A stretch of 64,000 nt of DNA from an uncultured delta proteobacterium. GTDB taxonomy: Bacteria > Desulfobacterota > Syntrophia > Syntrophales > Smithellaceae. Made by a program: the position numbers and the translations under genes. Below the pieces are notes generated by a model. It saw nothing but the letters and a program-made list of their open reading frames with translations, was not told the origin of the DNA and ran no database searches. The stretch lies in the NCBI GenBank assembly GCA_963753975.1, contig CAVWEH010000001.1, positions 128,001-192,000 of the forward strand, in the 5' to 3' direction. Positions 47,868-59,182 of the stretch are shown here, piece after piece; positions within the stretch are counted from its first letter, which is position 1, and every line of letters starts with the position of its first letter.

Positions 47868-50105
47868 ATGAACAGTCCAATTGTTATTACAGATTTGCAT
47901 GAAGGCGATCAGGGAATTATTCACTCCATTAAAGGAGGCTCAGCCTTGACCAGCAGGCTCGCCGGTATGGGCATAGTCGTAAACGCCAGATTCCGCACCG
48001 CCCAGGTCAGCGGCGGCCTTATTGTAATTCAAGTAGCGGATACGCGGATTGCTTTGGGCCGCGGTGAAGCGTCAAAAATAATGGTTGATAAAATTGATTC
48101 CGCCGCCGAAATCTGCCTGCCGCCCGTCGAAAAGGAAATCTTTGTAGCGCTTGCCGGCCAGCCCAATGTAGGTAAATCGACGGTGTTTAATATTCTTACC
48201 GGTTTGTCCCAGCATGTTGGCAACTGGCCGGGAAAAACAGTGGAGAAGAAAGAGGGAATCCATCGCGCCGATAATGTTTTAATCAGGATTGTGGATTTAC
48301 CGGGAACTTACAGCCTGACCGCGTTTTCCGAGGAGGAAAGAGTCGCCCGCGATTTTATCATCAAAGAAAAGCCCGATCTTGTTGTGCTGGTGCTCAATGC
48401 CGCGGCCCTGGAAAGAAACCTTTACCTCTTATCCGAGGTTCTTCTGCTCGATCGCCCGGTAATAGTGGCTTTAAATATGCTAGATGTCGCTTCCAATCAA
48501 GGTATCCAGATTGATACGAAGTCTCTGCAGGATTCGTTGGGAATACCGGTAATTCCTATGGTGGCCAAACGAAATAACGGCATTAAAGAACTTGTCGCGC
48601 AAATATCATCGCTCGCCTTATGTGACACTAAATTTCATCCGCAGTTACCGGAGGTCTCGCCCGACCATCAGCAAATCTACCAAAAAATATTGGAAGCAGT
48701 CCGGCCTTATATTCAGGAGCCTTACACATCCGAATGGATTGCGATAAAATTGATGGAAGGCGATCCCGAGGTATCGAAAATGGTGGAAGGAAAGGCGCAG
48801 AAATCCGCCTGGAAGGAGATACAGAATCTTCTCATCAAACATGAAGACGCACTGCATGCCGTTGTCAACGGCCGCTATGACTGGATCGAGAAAATGACCA
48901 GAGCGGCCATTTCCCGTTTTAAAATGGGGCAGGTAGTGTTAACCGATAGAATCGATCATATTCTGACTCGTCCAATATTCGGCATTCCGGTTTTGCTCGC
49001 GGTAATGGCCGCTGTTTTTTCCCTTACTTATTCGGTGGGAGTGCCTTTGCAAAATTGGATGAGCAATTTGATCCGTCAATTCATCCAATTTTGTGGACCA
49101 GTTACAACCGGTCTGCCTGTCTGGCTTCAGGGACTATTACTCAACGGCGTCATTGGGGGAGCAGGATCAGTACTCACTTTTCTGCCGATTCTGCTCATCT
49201 TTTTTACGATCATGGCGCTTTTGGAAGATGTGGGCTACATGGCGCGCGCCGCCTTTGTTATGGATAGAATCATGCATCTGGTCGGCCTGCATGGAAAAAG
49301 TTTTATTCCGATGTGCCTGGGATTCGGGTGCAACGTGCCTGCCGTTCTGGGCGCGCGGATTATCGAGACGCGCAAAGCCAGAATGATTACTTTGCTTTTA
49401 ATCCCCTTTGTTCCCTGCACGGCGCGGTTGGCGGTATTGACACTGGTTTCCGCCGCTATCTTTGGAACCAACGCTGCCTATGTATCCTGGAGCATTCTGT
49501 CTCTGAACATAATCGTTCTGGGATTGGCGGGAGCTTTGGTGAATAAGACGCTCCGGGAGCAGGACGCGCCTTTTATTATGGAGTTGCCGATTTACCATAG
49601 TCCCGACCCCCGAACAATTATGATGGTCGTCTGGTCCAGAACAATTTCTTTCATCCGCAAAGCGGGAACAATTATTCTTGCCGTTGCCTTGCTCGTCTGG
49701 CTTTTATCTTATTTTCCTTCCGGCGTTGTGGAGGAAAGTTTTCTGGCTTCATTAGGGAAATTTCTACAGCCGCTGGGAGCGCCGCTGGGGCTCGATTGGA
49801 AAATGATTACCGCTCTTTTGACCGGTCTTGTAGCTAAAGAAAATGTTGTGGCTACTTTGGGCGTTCTTTATTCTGTAGGCGCAGCAGGTTTGGTTAATGT
49901 TCTGCCGACGGTGATGAGTCATGCCTCTGCCGCGGCCTTCCTCGTGGTAATGATGCTTTTTATTCCCTGCGCTGCAACAATCGCCGTGTTGAAAAAAGAA
50001 ATGAACAGCAATAAATGGTTTTACTCCACTATCGTGATGACGCTGATTGTTTCCTATCTTGGCGGAATTGCGGCTTATAGCTTTGTTAAATGGCTGGGGA
50101 TATAG
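47868..50105 (+). CDS. feoB: Ferrous iron transporter FeoB with fused N-terminal FeoA
   Basis: FeoA-like RLAGMGI...RIALGRGEA, then GQPNVGKS, VGNWPGKTVE, DLPG, NMLD, GFGCNVP, ELPIY. Confidence 0.93.
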   Translation: MNSPIVITDLHEGDQGIIHSIKGGSALTSRLAGMGIVVNARFRTAQVSGGLIVIQVADTRIALGRGEASKIMVDKIDSAAEICLPPVEKEIFVALAGQPNVGKSTVFNILTGLSQHVGNWPGKTVEKKEGIHRADNVLIRIVDLPGTYSLTAFSEEERVARDFIIKEKPDLVVLVLNAAALERNLYLLSEVLLLDRPVIVALNMLDVASNQGIQIDTKSLQDSLGIPVIPMVAKRNNGIKELVAQISSLALCDTKFHPQLPEVSPDHQQIYQKILEAVRPYIQEPYTSEWIAIKLMEGDPEVSKMVEGKAQKSAWKEIQNLLIKHEDALHAVVNGRYDWIEKMTRAAISRFKMGQVVLTDRIDHILTRPIFGIPVLLAVMAAVFSLTYSVGVPLQNWMSNLIRQFIQFCGPVTTGLPVWLQGLLLNGVIGGAGSVLTFLPILLIFFTIMALLEDVGYMARAAFVMDRIMHLVGLHGKSFIPMCLGFGCNVPAVLGARIIETRKARMITLLLIPFVPCTARLAVLTLVSAAIFGTNAAYVSWSILSLNIIVLGLAGALVNKTLREQDAPFIMELPIYHSPDPRTIMMVVWSRTISFIRKAGTIILAVALLVWLLSYFPSGVVEESFLASLGKFLQPLGAPLGLDWKMITALLTGLVAKENVVATLGVLYSVGAAGLVNVLPTVMSHASAAAFLVVMMLFIPCAATIAVLKKEMNSNKWFYSTIVMTLIVSYLGGIAAYSFVKWLGI

Positions 50106-50114
50106 GTTCTCGAA

Positions 50115-51293
50115 TCAGTTTCCAAAGTTTATTGCGGGGTTCATAACCGTGACTACAACGGGACGGTAAAGAAAAAGATTTTTACGGATGAAATTTATTC
50201 TATCCTGAAAATTTTCTAATGAATTACAAACATAAGTTGCCACGATCTTCTCGTGGTGGGAAAATTCTATATGCTCTTTACCGGCATAACAAAAATTTTG
50301 ATCGTCATACCGGGGGCTTTTAGGATCAACTTCGGGAATTTTTTCGACTAGAACTTTGGGCTTTGTCCAGGGGCCTTCCAGCTTATCCGCAGTTTGATAC
50401 AAGAGTTGATTGCCGTCGTTTTGCGGGGATAGGTAAACAGCGATCCACTTTTCATAATCAGCATGGTAGCGCACGCTTAACTCGGAGACACCGGCGGCAA
50501 GAACGATTCTAGCCTTAGCGGGCACAACCCCCTTTTCCCATTTTCCGCCTTTGTCTAAGTATTCTATGGAATTGGCAGGATCATCCAGTTTGTCAATCGG
50601 AATGCGGACCAGGATATTGCCGGAAACTGTCGTTCTTTTCTTCACGGAGGTATAAAGCTGGTAAAAATAAACATGATTCTGGAAAACAACGGAAGTTGCG
50701 GCAAAAGCTTCAATGCCCGGTAGAATTGCTTCTTTTAAATCTATGTAATCGACAGTCCACTGAAGGGGATCCGCCAGTGTATAATTTTTGATTCTGGCAA
50801 TTTTGTGTCTGACTATCTTAAAACTAAAAGGCGCTTTTAAATCCAGCAGCGCTTTTACAACTAATAGAGGCACGTATAATACATCATTAACGATAAATGG
50901 GTCTTGCGGCCAGAGCCATTCGTTTTCACCAAAAAACGACACAAATTTCTCATTTTTCTTTTTCAGATAATAGTGAATATGGAATTGGCCATTGGGGGAA
51001 CAGGTGGAGATGGCCAGAGTTGTTCCCATGACAACATCCATACCAATGCGGTCTTTTCTGCCCTTATCAGGAGAAACAAATGTGTCACCGAAGAGCCACA
51101 GCGTGCGCTCTTGATCCAGTTTGATGGAGTAAGCACCATCACCGCCATACCATCCGTCTTTATCCGGAAAACTGGGCAAACAACATTGGTTTGCAGGAAA
51201 ATAAGAAATGTATTTTCCTGTCCAAACGGGTGAGCAGGCAGTAAATCCAATGCTCAATATTAGTAGAATAGGCCAAATTAATTTTTTCGTCAT
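50115..51293 (-). CDS. Lipoprotein, DUF4185/DUF5005-like
   Basis: Start MTKKLIW with lipobox FTAC; GWYGGDGAYS, TLWLFGDTF, EGPWT, CYAGKEH. Confidence 0.65.
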   Translation of the reverse strand: MTKKLIWPILLILSIGFTACSPVWTGKYISYFPANQCCLPSFPDKDGWYGGDGAYSIKLDQERTLWLFGDTFVSPDKGRKDRIGMDVVMGTTLAISTCSPNGQFHIHYYLKKKNEKFVSFFGENEWLWPQDPFIVNDVLYVPLLVVKALLDLKAPFSFKIVRHKIARIKNYTLADPLQWTVDYIDLKEAILPGIEAFAATSVVFQNHVYFYQLYTSVKKRTTVSGNILVRIPIDKLDDPANSIEYLDKGGKWEKGVVPAKARIVLAAGVSELSVRYHADYEKWIAVYLSPQNDGNQLLYQTADKLEGPWTKPKVLVEKIPEVDPKSPRYDDQNFCYAGKEHIEFSHHEKIVATYVCNSLENFQDRINFIRKNLFLYRPVVVTVMNPAINFGN

Positions 51294-51368
51294 AATCAAT
51301 TCTTTGTCATGTGACGCTGTCGTGCAGCGTAATAATGAACTCAAAAGCGGTCCACATTGCCGACGCTC

Positions 51369-51519
51369 TGCATTATAACTTGATTTGCCCAAGTACAAGT
51401 TGCTCAAATATCTGCTTGGCTTCATCGCGCTTTGTCCGCGCGTTTCTTTCCAGTTCTATACGTCGAGGAGCCGACAAAGCAGCCGGGAAAGATAGCCGAA
51501 TGAAGGCGACTTGGCATTG
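51369..51519 (-). repeat. Repeat family B-related partial copy (boundaries approximate)
   Basis: Minus strand ATGCCAAGTCGCCTTCATTCGGCTATCTTT...GTCGGCTCCTCGACGTAT resembles the left half of 61679-61803. Confidence 0.6.
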
Positions 51520-51523
51520 TTTT

Positions 51524-52324
51524 TCATTTTCCCTTAAAGTCCGGCGGCCTTTTTTCGATGAAGGCGGTGACTGCTTCTTTGAGATCATCCGAAGTCATCA
51601 GCACCATATTTTTTTGTATGGCCGAAGACATACCGTCTTTAACATTGGCGTACCGGCTATAGTTTAAAACTTCCTTTGTAGAGCGAATAGCCAGCGGTGC
51701 GTTTTGGGCAATCTCCGCCGCTAATTTTTTTGCGGCCGCCATCAGCGCATCCTTATCTTTATAAACGGCATTGATCAAGCCCCTTTTCTCCACTTCCCGC
51801 GCGGGATATTCGGCGGCGGTATAGGCCATTTGCCGGGCGAATCCCTGACCGACAATTAACGGCAATCTCTGGAGGACTCCCATATCGGCGACAAAACCGA
51901 TCGCCGCCTCTTTAAGGCAGAAGCTCGCGTCTTCCGAGCAAAGACGAATATCGCAGGCGGAGATTATATCCAGTCCGCCGCCGATACAGCGGCTGTGGAT
52001 AGCCGCGATAACCGGTTTGGGGCATTCTTCGATGGCATTGCAGCAATCGAATAAAGGCTGGGATCTTTCCACGGATTCGATCACACCTTTGGCTGTGCCG
52101 TGAAAACTGCCAGCGGCTTCTCTCAAATCGAGGCCGGCGCAAAAAATTCTAGCCTTGCTTTTGAGGACAATTACTCTTACATCGTCCATCATTCCCAGTT
52201 CTCTGAAAACATTCGCAATCTCGGAAGCAAATTCCAGAGACAAAGCATTCAGGCTTTCCACTCTGGCAAGCGTTACGTCCGCGACATAATTTTTTATTTC
52301 CAGTTCAATAAACTTATATTTCAT
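51524..52324 (-). CDS. Enoyl-CoA hydratase/isomerase (dienoyl-CoA isomerase-like)
   Basis: FCAGLDL, CIGGGLDIISACDIR, KEAAIGFVADMGVLQRLP. Start MKYKF with GGAG RBS. Confidence 0.88.
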   Translation of the reverse strand: MKYKFIELEIKNYVADVTLARVESLNALSLEFASEIANVFRELGMMDDVRVIVLKSKARIFCAGLDLREAAGSFHGTAKGVIESVERSQPLFDCCNAIEECPKPVIAAIHSRCIGGGLDIISACDIRLCSEDASFCLKEAAIGFVADMGVLQRLPLIVGQGFARQMAYTAAEYPAREVEKRGLINAVYKDKDALMAAAKKLAAEIAQNAPLAIRSTKEVLNYSRYANVKDGMSSAIQKNMVLMTSDDLKEAVTAFIEKRPPDFKGK

Positions 52325-52843
52325 ATATTCTCCTTCAGGGTGTTTTAGTCTCAATATGAATTTAATATTCTAAATTGTGCATTTTGTCCAATGAATATCT
52401 CATTTTCGGCGACCGCGCTTACTATAAAATATGTTGTATATTCAAATACCTAAACTGTGCAATGGCGCGGCTCCCCATTAAACAATAAAAAAATAGGACT
52501 GCCGGTCAAAATAGTTTGAATTCAAAAATTATTTTTGGTAGGGTGGAAACTACTTGGGACAAATGATTTATGCTGAGAAAAGCAAACTGTATCTTTTTGG
52601 TATTTGGTTCTATAAGGCTGTTCCCGTCCGGCATTGCTTGCGGAAAAAATCGTTTGACCCCCGTTTCGAGAATATTTGTATGCTTTAGTGAAAACTATTC
52701 CTGAATATTCCCGATGATAGTATCTTTCTCGTGAGATTATTTTCTTGCGAAAATATCTATTGCCCGGTGATGGATTTGCTTTTTCAGGGATTATTTTGGA
52801 CAAAAATGGCTATAAAATAAAAATCAAAGAAAGGATGGAAAAA

Positions 52844-53725
52844 ATGAAACTCGATGATGTGAAAAATGTATGTGTGGTTGGGGCCGGGAACATGGGCCAT
52901 CAGATTTCTCTTCTTTGCGCAATTTACGGCTTCAAAACAAAGTGTTCGGATGTCGTGCCGGAAATGCTCAAGAAGGCCGATAATTTTGTCAATAACTATC
53001 TTCCCGGTAGAGTCGAGAAAGGTAAATTAACAAAAGAACAGGCGGACTCGGCGCGGAAAAATATTTCTTTTACTTCCGACATGAAAGAAGCCGCTAAAGA
53101 CGCGGATTTTGTAATTGAAGCGGCTACGGAAGTCCTCAATCTGAAAAGAAAGATATTTGCCGATCTCGACAAATTTGCGCCTGCTCATGCCATTCTGGCG
53201 ACGAACAGCTCTTTTATCGTGAGCTCCCGCATCGCCGATGTTACCAAGCGGCCGGATAAAGTTCTGAACATGCACTTTTTCAATCCGGCGCTGGTGATGA
53301 AGCTGGTGGAAGTGGTCAGAGGTCCGCATGTTTCTGAGGAGAGCGCCAACCTTACGATGGATTTTTGCAAGAAATTGGAAAAGGTTCCGGTCCTCATTAA
53401 AAAGGAAGTAGATGGCTTCCTGCTCAACAGGATTTTCCGCGTGATTGCCAGAGAAGCCCTATGGATGCTGGATATGGGTGTTGCCTCCGCGGAAGATATT
53501 GATAAAGCCTGTGTTTACGGGGCAGGCCATCCGATGGGCCCCTTTCGGTTGAATGATTTAACCGGTATCGATCTTACCTACATCATGGGTATGGAAGGCT
53601 TCAGAAAATCAGGCAATCGCGACGATCTTCCCTCGCCAAGTGTTGTAGAACATTATGTTAAAGGTGAATACGGAGAGAAAACCGGCAAAGGCTGGTATGA
53701 ATACAAAAAACCGGAAAAGAAGTAG
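52844..53725 (+). CDS. 3-hydroxyacyl-CoA dehydrogenase
   Basis: GAGNMG, IEAATE, ATNSS, MHFFNP, GFLLNR, HPMGPF. Confidence 0.92.
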   Translation: MKLDDVKNVCVVGAGNMGHQISLLCAIYGFKTKCSDVVPEMLKKADNFVNNYLPGRVEKGKLTKEQADSARKNISFTSDMKEAAKDADFVIEAATEVLNLKRKIFADLDKFAPAHAILATNSSFIVSSRIADVTKRPDKVLNMHFFNPALVMKLVEVVRGPHVSEESANLTMDFCKKLEKVPVLIKKEVDGFLLNRIFRVIAREALWMLDMGVASAEDIDKACVYGAGHPMGPFRLNDLTGIDLTYIMGMEGFRKSGNRDDLPSPSVVEHYVKGEYGEKTGKGWYEYKKPEKK

Positions 53726-53888
53726 ACCCATCGATACTGTAAAAAAATTGCGTTGGTATTATTTTGATTGGGTAAGAATGAGGAGAGCAAAAATGCCATC
53801 CTGATTCTCATCTCCAAGAATTATTTTCTGTTGGTTATTCGGGCATTTACCGATGATTTTGTGAAAAAATAAAAAAAAGAGGTGAAAT

Positions 53889-55097
53889 ATGAGTAACAGA
53901 GAAGTTGTATTTGTTGACGGAGTGCGGACGGCATTCGGTACTTTGGGGCGTACTCTAAGAAACATTCCGATGGAAGAATTGGGTGGTTTAGCCATTAAAG
54001 GACTGATGGCAAAAACCAAAATAGCGGAGAAGGGCACAGTGGACGCGGTTTTTTGCGGTTCGGCAATCGGCGCGACTTCTGCTCTTAACCCGGCACGTTG
54101 GGCGGCATTAGCCGGCGGACTTCCGGAGAGCACTTCGGCTTCCTACGTAGAGATGCAGTGCGGCTCGGCGATTGACAGCATGAATCATGCGGCATGGAGA
54201 ATACTTGCCAACCATGCGGATATCATGATCGCCGGCGGTATGGAATCTTATAGCCAGGCATGTGCCAAATTTTCCATGGCCACAGAGCCGTATCGGATGA
54301 TCCCGCCCTTCCCCATTGCGCCATCCCTTTCGCCTACCAAGGATCCGGCAACCATGAATATGGGGTTGACGGCGGAGGCTCTGCAGAAGATGTACAATAT
54401 ATCGCGTCAGGCGCAGGATGAATTTGGCCTGCGCAGCCAGGTTTTGGCGAAAAAGGCCATTGATGCGGGATATTTTGTTGAGGAGATTGTTCCTGTCATG
54501 GTCCCTCAAGGAAAAAAGAATCCCCCTATAGAGTTCAAGGTTGATGAACATCCGCGGATGACGTCCATGGAGGCGTTATCGGCCTTACCGCCAGCCTTTA
54601 TAAAGGATGGAACTGTCACTGCCGGAAATGCTTCCGGCCGCAATGACGGCGCTGCCTTTGTTCTGATGATGACCATGGAAAAAGCCAAAGCACTGGGCTA
54701 TAAGCCGATGGCGAAGTGGCTGGCCGGCGGCGATTACGGTGTCGATCCCAAAATCATGGGAATTGCTCCCGCCTACGCCATGCCTTTAGCTTTGAAGCGA
54801 GCCGGTTTGAAGCTTTCCGGCATGGACGTAATGGAATGTAACGAGGCATTTGCCGTGCAGAACCTGGCAGTTATCAAAGAACTCGAAAAGCAAACCGGGG
54901 AAAAGATTAATATGGACAAGTGGAATCCCAATGGCGGCGCCATCGCCTTTGGACATCCCAACGGAGCCTCGGGAGCGCGCATTTGCATAGGCACGATGAA
55001 AGAACTCATCCGCAAGGGCGGTAAGTACGGTATTTTCAGCTCTTGCTGCGGCGGCGGCTTGGGCGTAGCAACGGTTATTGAAAATTTGCAGAAATAA
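53889..55097 (+). CDS. Thiolase (acetyl-CoA C-acyltransferase)
   Basis: MQCGS, VTAGNASGRNDGA, NEAFA, GHPNGASG, CCGGG. Confidence 0.93.
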   Translation: MSNREVVFVDGVRTAFGTLGRTLRNIPMEELGGLAIKGLMAKTKIAEKGTVDAVFCGSAIGATSALNPARWAALAGGLPESTSASYVEMQCGSAIDSMNHAAWRILANHADIMIAGGMESYSQACAKFSMATEPYRMIPPFPIAPSLSPTKDPATMNMGLTAEALQKMYNISRQAQDEFGLRSQVLAKKAIDAGYFVEEIVPVMVPQGKKNPPIEFKVDEHPRMTSMEALSALPPAFIKDGTVTAGNASGRNDGAAFVLMMTMEKAKALGYKPMAKWLAGGDYGVDPKIMGIAPAYAMPLALKRAGLKLSGMDVMECNEAFAVQNLAVIKELEKQTGEKINMDKWNPNGGAIAFGHPNGASGARICIGTMKELIRKGGKYGIFSSCCGGGLGVATVIENLQK

Positions 55098-55168
55098 AAA
55101 ATTGCAAATAGTTGTTAATTATTTTTGCGCTTGTGAAAACATACGCATTACAAAGTGGCTGTGTTTCC

Positions 55169-55203
55169 AATATCTCCGTGGCGTTGTCAGCCACGGAGAT
55201 ATT
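55169..55203. terminator. 14-bp stem hairpin between convergent genes
   Basis: AATATCTCCGTGGC-GTTGTCA-GCCACGGAGATATT. Confidence 0.65.
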
Positions 55204-55291
55204 ATTATAAATTGCCGAAAATCAATGGTAACAAGCAGTAGCTTAGAAACAAGGGAGAAAAATTGCGGAAAATAATTAAGTGTCCCCGGAA

Positions 55292-55672
55292 TTACACGCG
55301 GTTCTCCTCGCCCAGGGCTTTTCTTATTTTACTTAGCAGATAATCAGTGTCGAACGGTTTTACAATGTAATCTGCCGCACCCATCTCCAGCGCTTTTTGC
55401 TTGACCTCTGATTTAGCTACACCGGTAATAAAAATTACAGGGGTTATGGCGGTCACCGCGGATATTTTTAAATTCTCAAAGATATGTATGCCACTACGTA
55501 CGGGCATCATGATATCTAAAAGAATTAAATCGGGTTTTTCTTTATGGGCTGCTGCTATGGTCTGCATTCCATCAAAAGCTACGATAACCTCATACTTATT
55601 ATCCTTTAGTACAGAAGTAAGAAATGATACGGAATCTTGATCATCATCTGCAATCAGTATTTTTTTCGGCAT
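55292..55672 (-). CDS. Single-domain response regulator receiver
   Basis: ILIADDD, LILLDIMMP, FITG, DYIVKPF. Confidence 0.92.
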   Translation of the reverse strand: MPKKILIADDDQDSVSFLTSVLKDNKYEVIVAFDGMQTIAAAHKEKPDLILLDIMMPVRSGIHIFENLKISAVTAITPVIFITGVAKSEVKQKALEMGAADYIVKPFDTDYLLSKIRKALGEENRV

Positions 55673-56120
55673 AATTTGTTGTTCCTTCCTATTTCAATAG
55701 CATGATTCATCTGCCAATAGCAGAAAGATCATGTTCTGCCTGATAATTATCAAAGGTAGCCTTTGGGATTAGGATAGTTGGCAGCAGCTTTGGCAGCATG
55801 GAGATGTCCTGATGTTTATTGCTCAGGCCATAGATAAATTTTCCTACGAGGGCTTACCTTAAAACCTTAATCTTTAGTGTGGATATTATAACAAAATAAA
55901 AACCCCCGTCAACATAAGAAAAAATAATTGTAAAAAGCTAATAAAATGGCCGCTGGAGAAGTCATTAGCACATGGTAACAGCTGAGACGGATGGAGTAAA
56001 GTTTCTTGGCAATTTTCAGGAAAAGCTTTAAAGGATCGCTGGGAGTCTGGGCGTAGTAGAAGATGATGATGGTTGTATTCTGCTGCAGAGAGGAATAGCT
56101 TAAAAATTCAATGGTATATG

Positions 56121-56155
56121 AAAAAGGCCACGGGGCAAATCCCATGGCCTTTTTT
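56121..56155. terminator. Bidirectional intrinsic terminator
   Basis: AAAAAGGCCACGGG-GCAAAT-CCCATGGCCTTTTTT, downstream of the outer membrane protein gene. Confidence 0.75.
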
Positions 56156-56239
56156 GCAGCTCTTAAAGATTGTTACTTAATTCATTCGGCGGCCGTAGCG
56201 CCTATCCGGCCAATTACTTGTCCTGCAAAAACCAATACC

Positions 56240-57088
56240 CTAGAATGAAAATAGAATTCCTGCATTAATGCCATACTTATTAGTTCTGCTTGACGGCTCA
56301 TAAAAACCCGTAGCAGCATCGACATCGCTCGCGCCAAATGAACTGTATTCGTACCAAGGTGTTACTGAAATTCCGAAATTATTTGTGAATTTATAAGTCA
56401 CGGGAATTTCCGCATAGAAACCGATTCGGTTGCCTAAAGTGAAATCCGTATCAGGACCTCCTATGTATGAAAGATAAGCAGTCAATGTGCCCCAGAACAT
56501 AAAATTGGCCGCGGCAGAAGCGGCTATATTCAATTTTTCCGTTATGTTATAATCAGCTTTGATTCCCACGGGAATGTAGAACCATTTATACACTTCTTGA
56601 AATTGGACCGTACCACCGGACTCCGGAATAATCCTGTTATCACCCCGTTCCCAGTATTGGTAACCGCAGCCCAGATATGGAATTAACAGGAAGCCCTTGG
56701 CTATGGGTATGGCGTAGCCGATATTTGTTTCAAATTTGAGCATCCTGGCGGATTCATCCGTAAACTTTAGCGGCGTACCGGAGGGCTGAGTTGAACCGTC
56801 ATAGGTTATATCGGCGGTAGCATAGCTTAAAAATACTTTTGCATATATTGATGACTTCTTTTTGAAAGTATAATCCAAATATATGCCCGGCAGCCATCCG
56901 TATTCCGTACTTTTGTCCGGCATGACCAAATCTTCTTTGTAGTCAAAATAATAGTAAGTCATACCTATCTGTATAGTTGAAGGCTTTTCCACAGGTGTCG
57001 CGTTTTCCGCCATTGACGGGGTGCTGCAAAAAAGAAAAAGTGCGAAAAATAAATTAAAACCAAGAATAACGTTCAATGTTTTTTTCAT
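56240..57088 (-). CDS. Outer membrane beta-barrel protein
   Basis: Signal peptide, alternating aromatic-rich strands, terminal Phe (GILFSF). Confidence 0.75.
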   Translation of the reverse strand: MKKTLNVILGFNLFFALFLFCSTPSMAENATPVEKPSTIQIGMTYYYFDYKEDLVMPDKSTEYGWLPGIYLDYTFKKKSSIYAKVFLSYATADITYDGSTQPSGTPLKFTDESARMLKFETNIGYAIPIAKGFLLIPYLGCGYQYWERGDNRIIPESGGTVQFQEVYKWFYIPVGIKADYNITEKLNIAASAAANFMFWGTLTAYLSYIGGPDTDFTLGNRIGFYAEIPVTYKFTNNFGISVTPWYEYSSFGASDVDAATGFYEPSSRTNKYGINAGILFSF

Positions 57089-57255
57089 AATGCAATGATC
57101 CCCCCTCTCTCTATTTTTTTCCTCTATCCGAGGAATTTTTACCGAATTTTTTTAAGATAACTAAAAGCATAATTTTTTTCTTTATATTTTAAAACTTGTC
57201 TGCTGACATTTAAGTTAATTATCGCAATATTTGTCCGGTGCGTCAACCTATTTCC

Positions 57256-57907
57256 TCATGATTTTTTATAGAGAGAGTTTTTAGCGATGTATTGGCGGAC
57301 TTTATCCGGCGTAAGATATCTTACGGATTTATCCGCTTTGATCATCTCTTTCATCCGGGATGAAGAAATGTCCAAAAAGCTTACGTGACGGAAATATATC
57401 GTGTGACCTGTGGGACCTTTAAATCCGTCAATTTTTTCATTGTAAGTAAATCGTGCGGCAAAGTCTTTCGGCAGGATACCGTCCAATTTCATATTCTCGT
57501 AGCCGGGACGTGTCATAACGGCAAAGTTGCACAACAGCAGAAGTTTTTCCCAGTCTTTCCACGTCGTAACGGCTTGGAAAGCATCCTGCCCGACGATGAA
57601 GTAAAGTTCCAAATTTTCCAGATACTTGTTTAATATATATTCCACTGTTTCTACGGAATATGATTTGCCGGCTTTTAAATTTTCCACGTCCGAAAAGGAA
57701 AAAGATAACATTACCTTCAATGGCCATCCGAATCATCTGCTCGCGATGGTAAAAAGAGGTGATTTCGGCTTCCAACTTATGCGGAGGCCGCGATGAAGGG
57801 ATAAAAATGATCCGGTTTAAATCAAAGATTTCCAGCATTTCTTCCGCGCCCGTAAATGTCCGAAATGAATCGGATCAAATGTTCCCCCCAATAAGTCCCC
57901 ATTTCAT
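57256..57907 (-). CDS. nadD: Nicotinate-nucleotide adenylyltransferase (three single-base indels)
   Basis: Joined reading [22 protein letters not shown]...RPPHK...SYSVET...FIVGQD...DISSS gives 217 codons. ATGA overlap with the proA stop. Confidence 0.9.
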
Positions 57908-59160
57908 GTTCGCACCTGTCCGTTGCCGTAAATTATAAATTTTGTTGTTGTCAATTCTTCCAGCCCCATCGGCCCGAAGGCATGAAGCTTGGTCGTGGAG
58001 ATGCCGATTTCTGCGCCTAATCCCAACTCAAAGCCATCGCTGAAACGTGTGGAGGCATTGACCAGCACGGTCGACGAATTGACCTCGTTTAAAAAGCGTT
58101 GAGAATTGTTATAGTCATTTGTTATTATGGACTCCGTATGTAGGGAACCGTATTTTTCAATATGAGCGATGGCTTCGTCAATACTATCCACGACCTTCAC
58201 CGCCAGAATCAAATCGAGATACTCGGCAAACCAGTCGTCTTCGGTCGCGGCCTCAATATTTTTTAAGATCGATCTTGCTTTTTCGCATCCCCTGAGGACG
58301 ACGCCGGCTTTTTGCAATTTAGAGGCTACCTGGGGCAAAAACTCACGGGCAATGTCTTTGTGCACCAGTAGAGTTTCCATAGCATTGCAAACACCCGGGC
58401 GTTGAACTTTGGCGTTGAAACAAATATTAACGGCCATATCCTCGTCGGCCTGCGCGTCCACAAAAATATGACAGACCCCTTTGTAGTGCTTGATTACGGG
58501 TATTTTGGATTGGTTAACTACGGCGCGAATCAATTCTTCTCCGCCGCGAGGAATTATCAAATCAATGTATTCATCCAATTGCAGCATTGCCGAGACAGCT
58601 TCACGGTCAGTCAGCCCAATAACTTGAATCGCCGCCGTGGGCAGGGAGTTTTTGCGCAAAACCTCTTGCAGGATTGTGGCTATTGCCAAATTGGAATTAA
58701 TTGCTTCGGAACCGCCCCGTAAAATTACCGCGTTTCCGGATTTGAGGCAAAGAGCGGAGGCATCGACAGTAACATTGGGGCGCGATTCGTAAATGATGCC
58801 GATAACTCCCAGGGGAATACGCATCCTGCCCACCAGAAGGCCGTTGGGACGGCGCCACATAGAAGTTACCTTGCCCACAGGATCGGGCAGACGTGCCACT
58901 TCCCTTAATCCTTGCACCATCGATTCAATCGTAGATTTTTCCAGACTGAGACGGTCAATCATGGCTGGGGGAAGTCCTGATTGCTTGGCTTGGGAAATAT
59001 CTTTGGAGTTTTCCGCCAGAAGGAAATCACGATTACGGTCAAGTTCAACTGCCATTTGCAAGAGAGCATTATTTTTGACCGCCGATGTCACACGGGAAAT
59101 GCTTCGTGCCGCTGCCAGTGCGTCCCGGGCGATTTGTTTCATTGAATTTTTTATATCCAT
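57904..59160 (-). CDS. proA: Glutamate-5-semialdehyde dehydrogenase
   Basis: [52 protein letters not shown]. Confidence 0.96.
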   Translation of the reverse strand: MDIKNSMKQIARDALAAARSISRVTSAVKNNALLQMAVELDRNRDFLLAENSKDISQAKQSGLPPAMIDRLSLEKSTIESMVQGLREVARLPDPVGKVTSMWRRPNGLLVGRMRIPLGVIGIIYESRPNVTVDASALCLKSGNAVILRGGSEAINSNLAIATILQEVLRKNSLPTAAIQVIGLTDREAVSAMLQLDEYIDLIIPRGGEELIRAVVNQSKIPVIKHYKGVCHIFVDAQADEDMAVNICFNAKVQRPGVCNAMETLLVHKDIAREFLPQVASKLQKAGVVLRGCEKARSILKNIEAATEDDWFAEYLDLILAVKVVDSIDEAIAHIEKYGSLHTESIITNDYNNSQRFLNEVNSSTVLVNASTRFSDGFELGLGAEIGISTTKLHAFGPMGLEELTTTKFIIYGNGQVRT

Positions 59161-59182
59161 GAAGTATCCTACCGCTTAAAAA

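Noticed and set aside
51294..51425. N-terminal extension of the 436-aa ORF
   Set aside because: It overlaps repeat-derived sequence; the signal peptide starts at 51293.
55700..56110. Possible gene remnant or ncRNA in a long intergenic region
   Set aside because: No recognisable motif or convincing structure by eye.
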